Below, piece by piece: positions 1 to 9,233 of a stretch of DNA of 39,080 nt. Below the pieces are notes generated by a model, which ran no database searches, was not told where the DNA came from, and saw nothing but the letters and a program-made list of their open reading frames with translations. Positions within the stretch are counted from its first letter, which is position 1. Every line of letters starts with the position of its first letter. This DNA comes from Actinomycetota bacterium (lineage in GTDB: Bacteria > Actinomycetota > Acidimicrobiia > Acidimicrobiales > Ilumatobacteraceae). The stretch is from NCBI GenBank assembly GCA_039198505.1, contig JBCCTP010000001.1, positions 1 through 39,080 of the forward strand, in the 5' to 3' direction. The position numbers and the translations under genes are program-made.

Positions 1-768
1 GCCTTCCACGACTCCGCCAACGTGCCCGGTGGAGACCTCATCGGCCCGCCTGGGACCCGCATGCAGATCATGGACGTGCCGATCGGGTCGTTCACCGGCA
101 ACCAGGCGTACAGCGTCACCCGCGGTGTCCAGCTGTACTACCTGCACACCGAGTTCTTCGGCGACGGCCTCCATGTCGAGGACTGCACGCTCGATCCGCC
201 CGCCGCCTACGACGACCAGCTGCGGTCGACCTTCTCGGACTCGACGATCTGGAACGTCGATCAACTCGCCTTCGCCGCTCCCTACGCGAATCGGATCACG
301 GTCGAGGGGCTGCGGCTCGTCGGCGACGGCACCGCCGACACGATCGGCATCGACGTCGGCCACTTCCGGAACGAGCGCGGCATCGAGATCCGCGATGTGA
401 CCGTCGAGGACTTCGACATCGGCGTGCGGATCAGTGCGACGGCGGAGGTCGCGTTCACCGGAGGGACGCTGTCGAACAGCACGGACGTCCAGTACGTGGT
501 CCCCGACGAGGACGGCCCCGGCCGGATCGTCGACGGACCGACCGTGCTCGACCTCGACGAACTCGAACGGGACAACTCACACCTCGAGACCTGTGTTCCG
601 GGCCAGCCGCCCGCCGACCGGGAGTTCGAGGAGTTCGACGACGAGGACGTCGACGACGAGGACGTCGACGACGAGTTCGACGACGAGTTCGACGACGAGT
701 TCGACGACGAGGACGACGAATTCGAAGACGATGAGTTCGACGACGAGGACGATGAGTTCGACGACTGA
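1..768 (+). CDS. 5'-truncated protein with probable parallel beta-helix repeats and a polyacidic C-terminal tail
   Basis: Frame is open from base 1 to TGA at 766-768. Beta-helix-like strands (ITVEGLRLVG, GIEIRDVTVEDFDIGVRI). 38 of the last 48 residues are D/E. Confidence 0.65.
   Translation, partial: AFHDSANVPGGDLIGPPGTRMQIMDVPIGSFTGNQAYSVTRGVQLYYLHTEFFGDGLHVEDCTLDPPAAYDDQLRSTFSDSTIWNVDQLAFAAPYANRITVEGLRLVGDGTADTIGIDVGHFRNERGIEIRDVTVEDFDIGVRISATAEVAFTGGTLSNSTDVQYVVPDEDGPGRIVDGPTVLDLDELERDNSHLETCVPGQPPADREFEEFDDEDVDDEDVDDEFDDEFDDEFDDEDDEFEDDEFDDEDDEFDD
622..765 (+). repeat. Coding low-complexity tandem repeat (GACGACGAGTTC / GACGACGAGGACGTC units; DDEF/DDEDV)
   Basis: Directly visible 12- and 15-bp imperfect repeat units. 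Confidence 0.9.
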
Positions 769-779
769 GTCGTCGCCTG

Positions 780-983
780 TCAGGTCCAGCCGGGTGGTGC
801 GTCGCGGAGGAGCCGGCGTCCAGCTCGGATTTCGGTCCCCGTCATCGCAGACATCACGAGCGGATCGTCGTTCGTGGGATCCCGCACCGTCCAGATCTCG
901 TACTCGTCGTGACGTGAGCCGATGAGGAGAAGCGCCCCGTCATCGTCTCGCCAGATCTGTCCGGGCTCGATCGGGATCGCCAC
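780..983 (-). CDS. Small hypothetical protein (67 aa)
   Basis: Fills the gap between flanking genes, has a globular-looking sequence (IEPGQIWRDDDG), and a TACCGT -10 box lies 7 nt before the GTG. Confidence 0.65.
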   Translation of the reverse strand: MAIPIEPGQIWRDDDGALLLIGSRHDEYEIWTVRDPTNDDPLVMSAMTGTEIRAGRRLLRDAPPGWT

Positions 984-1069
984 CGCGCCGACGGTACGAC
1001 GTGCGTCGACACGTGTCGGATCGTGGGACGAACGCGGTCAGCCTGGCGACATCGGCCACGATGGGCGTG

Positions 1070-3148
1070 ATGACGCCGGGGGACGATCGCACGGCCCGAT
1101 CGGACGGGCCGCCACCGTTGCCCGTCGAGCGGTCGCCGGGGTCGTGGCGGATCGTGCGCATCATCGTGCTGGGTCTCGCGCAGGCGGTGATGCTCGTGTT
1201 GCTCGACCAACTCCTCGACGGCGTGTCCGTCGACGGCTTCGCGAGTGCGCTCGCCGCAGTGGTGATCCTGGCGGTGTTGAACGCCGTGGCATGGCCGTTC
1301 GTCGTGAGAGTGGCGCTGCCCGTCGTGTTGGTCACGCTGGGGCTGTTCACGTTCGTGCTCAACGCGCTGTTCGTCGCGCTCGCCGCTGAGTTCGTCGACG
1401 GGATCGAGGTCGGTTCGCTCTGGACGGCGCTGGTCGTGGCGTTCTCGCTGACCGTCGTGAACCTGTTCGTCGGCGGTCTGCTCACCATCGATGACGATCA
1501 CGTGTGGCGTCAACGGGTCGTGCAGCGACTGGTGCGTCGCACGGGTGGTGCGACACGGACGGACGTCCCCGGGTTCCTCTTCGTGCAGATCGACGGACTC
1601 GGTCACGACGTACTCGTCGACGCGATCGAGTCGGGTCATGCACCGTTCCTCGGTCGCATGCTCGCGTCGGGAACGCACCGGCTCCACCGTTGGGAGTGCG
1701 ACCTGTCGTCTCAGACCGGGGCGATGCAGGCCGGGATCCTGCTCGGAGACAACCACAACATGCCGGCGTTCCGCTGGTACGAGAAGGACGAGGGCCGGGT
1801 TCTGGTGACCAACCGGCCCAACGACGCCGCCGAACTCGAGTCCCGACACTCGACCGGCACGGGTTTGCTCGCCGACGGCGGGGCCTCGCGGGCCAACGTC
1901 TTCAGCGGCGACGCGCCCGACGCGATGTTCACGTTCTCGACGGTCGCCGACACCAAGCTGACCGACCGCACCGGCTTCCTCTTCGTCGTCTCGACGCCCT
2001 ACGCCCTGTTCCGGATCCTCGCGCTGATGGTCGTCGACGTGGTGCGCGAGAAACGGGCGTACCGACGGGCCAAGAGGTCGGGCGTCCGGCCGCTCGGCCA
2101 TCGCGTCGGCGTGTATCCGCTGCTCCGTGCCGGCACGACCGTGGCGCTCGCCGAGGTGACCTGGTCGGTGCTGATCGCCGACGTCGTCCGCGGTGTGCCG
2201 TCGGCGTACGTCGACCTGGTCGGATACGACGAGGTCGCGCACCACTCGGGGATCGAGGCGCCCGATGCGCTCGACACGCTCCGCCGCACCGACGACCAAC
2301 TCGAGCGACTGGCGTCGACCTTCGACGCGGCGCCTCGTCCCTACTACCTCGTCGTGCTCGCCGATCACGGCCAGACACAGGGCGAGACGTTCGAGCAGCG
2401 GTACGGCGAAGAGCTCGGCGACCTGGTGCGCCGGCTGGCGTCGAGTGGCGTCGTTGCGCCGGAGCTCGCCGAGGAGGGCTGGAACAACGTCAACGGTCTC
2501 CTGACCGACGCAGCGAATGACGACTCGGCGCTCGGGAGGATCGTCAAGCGATCGACGCGCAACCGCATCGAGGACGGCGAGGTCGCACTCGGTCCCGGGA
2601 CCGACCGTACGATGCCGACCGACACCGACGACGCGATCGTGCTCGCGTCGGGCAACCTCGGGCTCGTCTCGTTCCCGCAGCTCCCCGGACGTGCCTCCGT
2701 CCAGCAGATCGAGGCCGCGCACCCCGGTCTGATCGACGGTCTGCGACGACACGACGGGATCGGGCTGGTCCTCGTGCGCGACGAGGACGACGGCGACGTC
2801 GTGTTCGGGCCCGGTGGTGTGCATCACCTCGCGGACGGACGTGTCGAGGGAGTCGACCCGCTCCTGCCCTTCGGACCGAACGCCGCCGATCACCTCCGTC
2901 GCACGAGCGGCTTCGACAACTGTCCCGACCTGCTGGTCAACAGCTTCTACGACGTCGAGAGCGACGAGGGCGCTGCGTTCGAAGGGCTCATCGGATTTCA
3001 CGGCGGACTCGGCGGGAAGCAGTGCCACCCGTTCGTCCTCGCACCGGCCGGCCTCGCGCCGCCCGCCGGTCCGCTGGTCGGAGCCCGCTCGATCCACGAC
3101 TGGTTCACCGGGTGGATCTCCGAGGTGCAGCGTCCGAGCGTCAGCTGA
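1070..3148 (+). CDS. 4-TM holin-like (DUF360-type) membrane domain fused to an alkaline phosphatase superfamily (nucleotide pyrophosphatase/phosphodiesterase-like) domain
   Basis: N-terminal TM segments with LPVVLVTLGLFTFVLNA. Metal/catalytic motifs QIDGLG, SSQT, YDEVAHH, LADHG. Start could be 1061. Confidence 0.85.
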   Translation: MTPGDDRTARSDGPPPLPVERSPGSWRIVRIIVLGLAQAVMLVLLDQLLDGVSVDGFASALAAVVILAVLNAVAWPFVVRVALPVVLVTLGLFTFVLNALFVALAAEFVDGIEVGSLWTALVVAFSLTVVNLFVGGLLTIDDDHVWRQRVVQRLVRRTGGATRTDVPGFLFVQIDGLGHDVLVDAIESGHAPFLGRMLASGTHRLHRWECDLSSQTGAMQAGILLGDNHNMPAFRWYEKDEGRVLVTNRPNDAAELESRHSTGTGLLADGGASRANVFSGDAPDAMFTFSTVADTKLTDRTGFLFVVSTPYALFRILALMVVDVVREKRAYRRAKRSGVRPLGHRVGVYPLLRAGTTVALAEVTWSVLIADVVRGVPSAYVDLVGYDEVAHHSGIEAPDALDTLRRTDDQLERLASTFDAAPRPYYLVVLADHGQTQGETFEQRYGEELGDLVRRLASSGVVAPELAEEGWNNVNGLLTDAANDDSALGRIVKRSTRNRIEDGEVALGPGTDRTMPTDTDDAIVLASGNLGLVSFPQLPGRASVQQIEAAHPGLIDGLRRHDGIGLVLVRDEDDGDVVFGPGGVHHLADGRVEGVDPLLPFGPNAADHLRRTSGFDNCPDLLVNSFYDVESDEGAAFEGLIGFHGGLGGKQCHPFVLAPAGLAPPAGPLVGARSIHDWFTGWISEVQRPSVS

Positions 3149-3194
3149 GCCGCCTGGCTCGATCGCCCGACCATCCGCGCACGACACTCGGACC

Positions 3195-4247
3195 ATGAAG
3201 CTCGGACTGTCGATCGGATACTCGGGCGCGCGGTTGCGGATCCCCATCGAGCAGATCCAGCTCGCCGAACACCTCGGCTACGACTCGGTCTGGACCGCCG
3301 AGGCCTACGGATCCGACGCGATCACACCGTTGGCGTGGATCGCTGCGAACACCGAGCGGATCCGTCTCGGCACCGGGATCATGCAGCTCGCCGGGCGCAC
3401 CCCGGCGATGTGTGCGATGCAGGCCCAGACCGTCGACGCGCTCGCCGGAGGAGGGCGAGTGATCGCCGGCCTGGGTGTGTCCGGTCCGCAGATCGTCGAG
3501 GGCTGGTACGGGGAACCGTGGGGCAAGCCGTACTGGCGTCTGCGCGACTACATCCAGATCATGCGCAAGGTGAGTCTGCGCGACGAGCCGGTCACCCACG
3601 ACGGCCGCGAGTACCAGCTCCCGTTCACGGGCGACGGTGCGCTCGGCATCGGCAAGCCGCTGATGTCGATCATGCACACCAACCGCGAGCTGCCGATCTG
3701 GCTGGGGTCGGGCTCCGAGGCGACCGTGAAGCTCACCGCCGAGCTCTGCGACGGATGGCTGCCGATGCACTTCGTGCCGGGCCGGATGGAGCACTTCCGG
3801 CCGTGGATCGAGGAGGGGTTCCGACGGGCCGGGAACGGCAAATCGTGGAAGGACCTGGAGATCATGGCCGGGGGACCGGTGTTCATCACCGACGACGTGA
3901 AGGCGGCCCTCGATCGGGTGAAGCCCGGGATCGCGCTCTACACCGGCGGGATGGGCCACAAGGACCTCAACTTCCACAACCAGCACATGGTCCAGCGGGG
4001 CTATCCCGACGTCGCCGAGCGAGTGCAGGAGCTGTTCCTCGCCGGCCGCAAACAGGAGGCTGCGGACGCGATTCCTGACGAGTACGTCGACGACGCCGGG
4101 CTCTACGGGTCGGTCAAGCGCATCGAGGAGCGGTGGGCGGCGTGGGCCGACTCGGGCATCACCGGCTTCAAGGTCCAGACCGATCAGGAGGAGGCGCTCG
4201 AACTGATGGCCGACCTCGCCGGCACACGATCGGTGAGCCGAGCATGA
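3195..4247 (+). CDS. LLM-class (probably F420-dependent) oxidoreductase
   Basis: Motifs GYDSVWTAEAYGSDA, LGTGIMQ, GLGVSGPQIVEGWYG. Confidence 0.92.
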   Translation: MKLGLSIGYSGARLRIPIEQIQLAEHLGYDSVWTAEAYGSDAITPLAWIAANTERIRLGTGIMQLAGRTPAMCAMQAQTVDALAGGGRVIAGLGVSGPQIVEGWYGEPWGKPYWRLRDYIQIMRKVSLRDEPVTHDGREYQLPFTGDGALGIGKPLMSIMHTNRELPIWLGSGSEATVKLTAELCDGWLPMHFVPGRMEHFRPWIEEGFRRAGNGKSWKDLEIMAGGPVFITDDVKAALDRVKPGIALYTGGMGHKDLNFHNQHMVQRGYPDVAERVQELFLAGRKQEAADAIPDEYVDDAGLYGSVKRIEERWAAWADSGITGFKVQTDQEEALELMADLAGTRSVSRA

Positions 4248-5272
4248 CGACGCGGGCGAACCTCGATCGATACGACTGGCTGGCGCAGACCGTCGAGCCG
4301 GCGATCGACCCCGACCGTCCCATCGTCGATGCCCACCATCACCTGTGGGATCGCAACGGCAGCGTCTATCTCGCGTCCGAGTTGCTCGCCGACCTGACCG
4401 GCTCGCACAACATGATCGCCAGCGTGTTCGTCGAGTGCGGCTCCGACTACGACGAGCAGCGAGCCGAACACCTGCGGCCGGTCGGCGAGACCGAGTTCGT
4501 CCGACGCCAGGCCACCGAGACCGAGCGCGCGGGTGGACCGCCGATCGGCGCGATCGTCGGGCACGCCGACATGATGCTCGGCGAGGCGGTCGAGGAGGTC
4601 CTGGCCGCCCACGTCGAGGCCGGCGGCGGGCTGTTCCGCGGGATCCGCCACGCCACGGCGTGGGACGCGAGCGATCAGATCCGTCCCGGGCACAGCCGTC
4701 CGTTCGCCGAGATGATGCGGACCCCGGAGTTTCAGGCGGGTGTCCGAACACTCGCCGGAATGGGACTGAGCATCGACGCCTGGCTCTTCCACCCGCAGAT
4801 CGACGACCTGTGCGCACTCGCCGATGCGGTGCCCGAGGCGACGATCGTCCTCGACCACCTCGGTGGTCCGCTCGGAGTGGGGCCCTACGACGGCGAACGT
4901 GAGTCGGTCGGCACCGACTGGCGTCCCGCCATCGCCCGGATCGCCGAGCGCCCGAACGTCGTCGTCAAGATCGGCGGGATCGGCATGGAGTGGTACTTCG
5001 GCATGGGCTGGGACGCCCGTCCGGCACCGCCGGGCTCCGAGGAGGTCGCCGAGTACTGGTCCGACGATGTCCGCTTCTGCATCGACACGTTCGGGCCCGA
5101 CCGTTCGCTCGCCGAGTCGAACTTCCCGGTCGATCGGGCGTCGCTGCCCTACCCGGTGCTCTGGAACGCGCTCAAGATCATGTGCAGCGCCTACACCGAC
5201 GCCGAGCAGGACCGGATCTTCTCCGGCACCGCCACCGAGGTGTATCGACTCGACGTCGCGTCGACGGGCTGA
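4244..5272 (+). CDS. Amidohydrolase_2 family protein (lactonase-like)
   Basis: IVDAHHHLW, IVLDHLGGP, ESNFPVD. ATGA overlap with the upstream gene. Confidence 0.9.
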   Translation: MTTRANLDRYDWLAQTVEPAIDPDRPIVDAHHHLWDRNGSVYLASELLADLTGSHNMIASVFVECGSDYDEQRAEHLRPVGETEFVRRQATETERAGGPPIGAIVGHADMMLGEAVEEVLAAHVEAGGGLFRGIRHATAWDASDQIRPGHSRPFAEMMRTPEFQAGVRTLAGMGLSIDAWLFHPQIDDLCALADAVPEATIVLDHLGGPLGVGPYDGERESVGTDWRPAIARIAERPNVVVKIGGIGMEWYFGMGWDARPAPPGSEEVAEYWSDDVRFCIDTFGPDRSLAESNFPVDRASLPYPVLWNALKIMCSAYTDAEQDRIFSGTATEVYRLDVASTG

Positions 5273-5289
5273 GCCGGTCGCACGACCGT

Positions 5290-6339
5290 TCAGTCGTCGA
5301 GCAGAGGCATCACCCGCTCGGCGACGTCGCGGATCACCGCCTCCTTCTCCGCGAGAGGCGGCAGCACGACGAGCTGATCGAGCCCCGCGGCGTCGAGCGA
5401 GCGGATGCGGTCGGCCAACTCGTCGGGCGTTCCGACGAGGCAGGATCGCTCGAGGAGGTCGGCGGTGACGAACCGCTCCTCCTCGGGCAGCACCCAGCAG
5501 TTGTGGCCCTGATGGACGCGCTGGTGTCGCAGCTCGGGTGGTGTGTCCTCGACCATCTCGACGTAGTCGTCCCAGAAGTCGGCCATGTGGGCCGGGGGTC
5601 GCCGGCCGAGTTGTGCGTATTGGTCGTATGCGTAGTGGACGCCCGCGATCGCGAACGCCCCGGCCTGGCGTCGGACTCGTTCGCTGTCGATCGCCTCACC
5701 CGGCTCGGTGACGACGATCGTCGTCAGGGTCGCGATCGGGAAGTCGGCGCGGTCGCGAGGGATGCGGGTCCGCAGTGCTTCGATCGCCTCGGGCGTCGGC
5801 GGTGCCGACGTGATGAGGCCGTCGCCGTGACGGACGGCGAGCTCGAGCGAGCGCGGGCCGAACGCCGACACGTGGAGCGGGATCGGTTCGTCGAAGCGGA
5901 CGAACCCGCTGTCGGGCATCAGGTGGCGCACCGCAGTCGTACGCCCCCGGAACTCGACGGTCGCCTCCTCACCGCGAAGCAGCGGCCGGAGCTCGGTGAG
6001 GTGGCGATCGAACTCCGCGATCCGCATCGGCGGGTGCCCCACGATCCGCATCGCCGTGTTCCCGGTGCCGATCCCGCAGAACACGCGCCCCGGTGCGAGC
6101 TGGTTGATCGTCGCGAGTGCCGCCGCCGTGACGGTCGACGGCCGGGTTCCGGCGACCGCGACGCCGGTCCCGATCCGCATCGTGGTCGTCCGTTCCGCGG
6201 CGAGGGCGAGCATGGCGTAGACGTCCGACCAGATCATCTGGCTGTCTGCCATCCAGCAGTGGGTGAATCCCCGTCGCTCGGCCTCGACCACGTAGTCGAG
6301 GTCGGCGGGGCGTGAGGCGACGCAGATCCCGAAGTCCAT
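5290..6339 (-). CDS. LLM-class flavin/F420-dependent oxidoreductase
   Basis: MDFGI start, GFTHCWMADSQ, RIGTGV, APGRVFCGIGTG. Confidence 0.9.
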   Translation of the reverse strand: MDFGICVASRPADLDYVVEAERRGFTHCWMADSQMIWSDVYAMLALAAERTTTMRIGTGVAVAGTRPSTVTAAALATINQLAPGRVFCGIGTGNTAMRIVGHPPMRIAEFDRHLTELRPLLRGEEATVEFRGRTTAVRHLMPDSGFVRFDEPIPLHVSAFGPRSLELAVRHGDGLITSAPPTPEAIEALRTRIPRDRADFPIATLTTIVVTEPGEAIDSERVRRQAGAFAIAGVHYAYDQYAQLGRRPPAHMADFWDDYVEMVEDTPPELRHQRVHQGHNCWVLPEEERFVTADLLERSCLVGTPDELADRIRSLDAAGLDQLVVLPPLAEKEAVIRDVAERVMPLLDD

Positions 6340-6428
6340 CGCTCGAGTGTCGCAGGGCCCTGCGGTCGCATTCTCGACTCGCCGCTCCGAGGGCGGCCGG
6401 GCGGACCGGCCCTGGCACACTCCGGCCC

Positions 6429-7865
6429 ATGTCCGCTCCGACGACCGACGAGCAACGAGCAGGGGTCCGACTGGCCGAGGGATCGTCGGCGACCGAGCTC
6501 TTCCACGGCGTCGTGCGAGACACGGTGGCGGCGTTCCCCGACGTCTTCGGGTCGCTGAAGGTTCCCGATTCAGCCATCGCGTTCAAACGGTCGTACCCCG
6601 AGTTGCTCCCGCGCCTCGAGGCCACCCGTCTCGCATCGGCGCGGCGCAGCGAGGTGGCCGCCAGGGCGGTCGATCACGCACGCCGGTGCTTCGTCGTCGG
6701 CCCCGATGCCACACCGCTGCTCGACGCCGTCGCAGCGTCAGCCGACGCGTTCGAGTGCGACGTCCACCGGTTCGGCGGTGTGCCGGGACTCGTGCCGAGC
6801 GTTCCCGTCGCTGGTCGCGACCTGCGACACGACGAACTCGTCGACGAGGTCGATGCGATGGTGGACCAAGGCTCTGCGTCACCAGCGGTCGCCGACGCCG
6901 TCCGGCGGCTCGTCGCACTTGACGGTGGCATCGACCTGACCGGTCGTCGGATCGCAGTGTTCGGTGCGGGCGCTGAGCTGGCGCCCACGCGCGCCTGGCT
7001 CGCCGGGGGTGCCGATGTGCTGTGGCTGGATCTCGCCGATCCGCCGTCGGAACTCCTCGACGACGAGTCGCTCGCCGGCTCGCTCCGCTGGGTTCCGGGC
7101 GGTGTCGATTTGCTGCTCGAACCCGCCCGGGTGCGAGCGACGATCGAGGAGTTTTGCGCCGGTTCGGCGGTGGACCTCGGGCTCTATGCGTACGCGCCGG
7201 GTCGGGCGCGGGAGTGGAGGTTGACGGCGACGATGAACGCGATCGTCGACGCGCTCCCCGCAGCGTCGGTCGCCAGCGTCGCGATGCTGGTGTCTCCGAC
7301 CACCTGTGGGTCGCTGACGGCCACCGAACGCGAGTGGGAACACGCGCGCCGGAGCGGCCGACCTCGATGGCAGTCCGTCGTCGCGGCGATGCGGTTGCTC
7401 GGGAGCGGCGACGGTCACGCAGCCGCCGGCGAGGCGGCTGCGAACCGTGGCATCGTCGCGATCCAGGGGGCCAGCTACCAGGCGGCTCAGTACCTCGGCA
7501 AGATCCTCAGTGCCGAGGCGTGGGCGTCCGCTGACCTGCCGCGTCGCGTATCAGCCAACACGGCCGGCGTGTCGCTCACCGAGTCGCTCCAGCACCCGGT
7601 GTTCGACCTCGCCTTCGCTGGTGCAGCTGCGCTCGGCGTCGAGACGTACGAGCCCGCCACGACCGCGGCGCTCAACGGTTTGCTGACCCTCGACGACCGT
7701 CTCCATGGGGGTTCCACGAGCGGCGTCGACGAGCTCTTCGGCACACGCGTCCACGGAGGGATCTATGCGCTGCCGTACCCGATCGAGCCGGCGCTGCGCG
7801 TCGCCGCGGCCCTCGGCGCGCTCCGACATCCTCGGCGGGTGATGTCCCTCGTTCGGCGACGCTGA
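6429..7865 (+). CDS. Hypothetical protein with Rossmann/SDR-like motifs
   Basis: Long ORF with typical codon bias. IAVFGAGAELAP glycine-rich loop, QGASYQAAQY, VSANTAG. Confidence 0.7.
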   Translation: MSAPTTDEQRAGVRLAEGSSATELFHGVVRDTVAAFPDVFGSLKVPDSAIAFKRSYPELLPRLEATRLASARRSEVAARAVDHARRCFVVGPDATPLLDAVAASADAFECDVHRFGGVPGLVPSVPVAGRDLRHDELVDEVDAMVDQGSASPAVADAVRRLVALDGGIDLTGRRIAVFGAGAELAPTRAWLAGGADVLWLDLADPPSELLDDESLAGSLRWVPGGVDLLLEPARVRATIEEFCAGSAVDLGLYAYAPGRAREWRLTATMNAIVDALPAASVASVAMLVSPTTCGSLTATEREWEHARRSGRPRWQSVVAAMRLLGSGDGHAAAGEAAANRGIVAIQGASYQAAQYLGKILSAEAWASADLPRRVSANTAGVSLTESLQHPVFDLAFAGAAALGVETYEPATTAALNGLLTLDDRLHGGSTSGVDELFGTRVHGGIYALPYPIEPALRVAAALGALRHPRRVMSLVRRR

Positions 7866-7887
7866 ATCAGCCCGACGGGTCGACCGA

Positions 7888-8490
7888 TCAACCTCCGCCG
7901 TCGCCGAGTGCGATCCGGAGAGCGGCGTCCGACACGGATCGGACGTAGGTCCGTCGAGGTCCGACATCGACCTGCATCGCCGCACCGTCGATGAGCGCGG
8001 TGAGGAGGCGAGCGCGGAGTCGGCAGATCTCGCGGGGGAGCCCTGGCACCGCCCGCTCGATGACCTGCTCGATCTCCTCGTAGAAGGCGGCGTAGACGGT
8101 TCGGTAGGCGGCCTCGACGTCGGGCTTGTGCATGCGCAGGAAACCCAACGTCGCGCCGACCGTGCCGCTGTCGCTCCGCCACTTGGTGACGAGATGGTCC
8201 ACGACCTGGGTGAGGACGTCGAGCGGAGGGCCTGCGCTCGCGGCGACGGCACGGATGTCGTCGATGTCGGTGGCGGCTTCGGCGGTCATCACCGCGAGCA
8301 GCAGGTCGTCGCGGGTGGGGAAGTAGTACTGCAGGTTCCCGAGCTGGATCCCGACGGACTCGGCAACGGATCGCAGCACCACGGCGTCGTAGCCCTCGTC
8401 GACCAGGACCCGCCGCGTCTCGGCGAGGATGCGCGTGCGCGTGGTCGCTCCCTTCGCGCTCTCGCGGGTGGTGCGCGTGATCGATGGCAC
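7888..8490 (-). CDS. TetR/AcrR family transcriptional regulator
   Basis: HTH LRSVAESVGIQLGNLQYYFPTRDDL. TAGACT -10 box 6 nt before the GTG. Confidence 0.93.
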   Translation of the reverse strand: MPSITRTTRESAKGATTRTRILAETRRVLVDEGYDAVVLRSVAESVGIQLGNLQYYFPTRDDLLLAVMTAEAATDIDDIRAVAASAGPPLDVLTQVVDHLVTKWRSDSGTVGATLGFLRMHKPDVEAAYRTVYAAFYEEIEQVIERAVPGLPREICRLRARLLTALIDGAAMQVDVGPRRTYVRSVSDAALRIALGDGGG

Positions 8491-8500
8491 ATCGCCAGTC

Positions 8501-8535
8501 TAGGTCGTTGACCTAACTAGGTCAGTGACCTAGTT
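8501..8535. promoter_or_regulatory. Tandem palindromic operator, 2x TAGGTC-N3-GACCTA (likely TetR site)
   Basis: TAGGTCgttGACCTA at 8501-8515 and AACTAGGTCagtGACCTAGTT at 8515-8535, between divergent tetR and GNAT genes. Confidence 0.85.
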
Positions 8536-8564
8536 TCGTCCTGCGAACGCGAAGGAAGAGATGC

Positions 8565-9233
8565 ATGGAGATCACCGCAGCGACCGAGGTCGACGCTCGG
8601 AACCACATCGATCAGATCCCCGACCTGATCCACGCGACCGGTCCGGCGAGCTACGGCTATCAGTTCGGGAGCCGAGCGGTGTTCGATCCGCTGGTCCGCG
8701 CGTCGTGGATGGTGCCGCACACGCTGTTTGCGCACGATGCCGCCACCCTCGCACTCGACGGTGATGAGCTCGTCGGTGTCGAGCTCGGCTTCATCAGCCC
8801 GGGGTTCCGCGAACGCGCCGACGCGCTGGCGCCCGTGTGGCCCACGATCGGTGAGTACGCCGAACTCGACGAGGCCGACCAGGCCCTGCTCGCTGGTCTC
8901 GGCACCCGCGTGCACGAGTGCAGTTGGCTCAACCCCGCGATTCCCTCCGACGTCCACTACGTCTTCGCATTGTCGGTCACCGACGAACACCGGGGTGAGG
9001 GCGTGGGCGCCGCCCTGCTCCGCCATGCCCTCGACCAGGCCCGCTCGAACGGGGCGAGTGGACTCCAGCTCGACGTGCTGTCCGACAACCCCGCGGTCGA
9101 CTTCTATCGCGCCCACGGCCTCGAGGTACTCGTCGAGTCGAAGGCGCCGATCCCGTTCGAGAACGGGGTGCCGATCGAACTGCGGATGGGAATTCGCTTC
9201 GAACCATTCGACGAGAGCCAGGAGGCCCGATGA
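8565..9233 (+). CDS. GNAT family N-acetyltransferase
   Basis: LSVTDEHRGEGVGAALL (motif A) and NPAVDFYRAHG (motif B). Confidence 0.92.
   Translation: MEITAATEVDARNHIDQIPDLIHATGPASYGYQFGSRAVFDPLVRASWMVPHTLFAHDAATLALDGDELVGVELGFISPGFRERADALAPVWPTIGEYAELDEADQALLAGLGTRVHECSWLNPAIPSDVHYVFALSVTDEHRGEGVGAALLRHALDQARSNGASGLQLDVLSDNPAVDFYRAHGLEVLVESKAPIPFENGVPIELRMGIRFEPFDESQEAR

Noticed and set aside
622-765. Tandem repeats as a possible CRISPR array
   Set aside because: Units are 12-15 bp, in frame, without unique spacers, and there are no cas genes.
759-775. CGACGAC-TGA-GTCGTCG hairpin as a terminator
   Set aside because: Short stem overlapping the stop codon, no U-tract, and built from the genome's most frequent words.
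1070-1500. Holin-like domain as evidence for a prophage
   Set aside because: It is fused to an enzyme domain. No integrase, endolysin, structural genes or composition shift.
854-3247. 797-aa minus-strand ORF
   Set aside because: Antisense shadow of the holin-phosphodiesterase gene. High GC3 bias removes stops, and it has no recognisable motifs.
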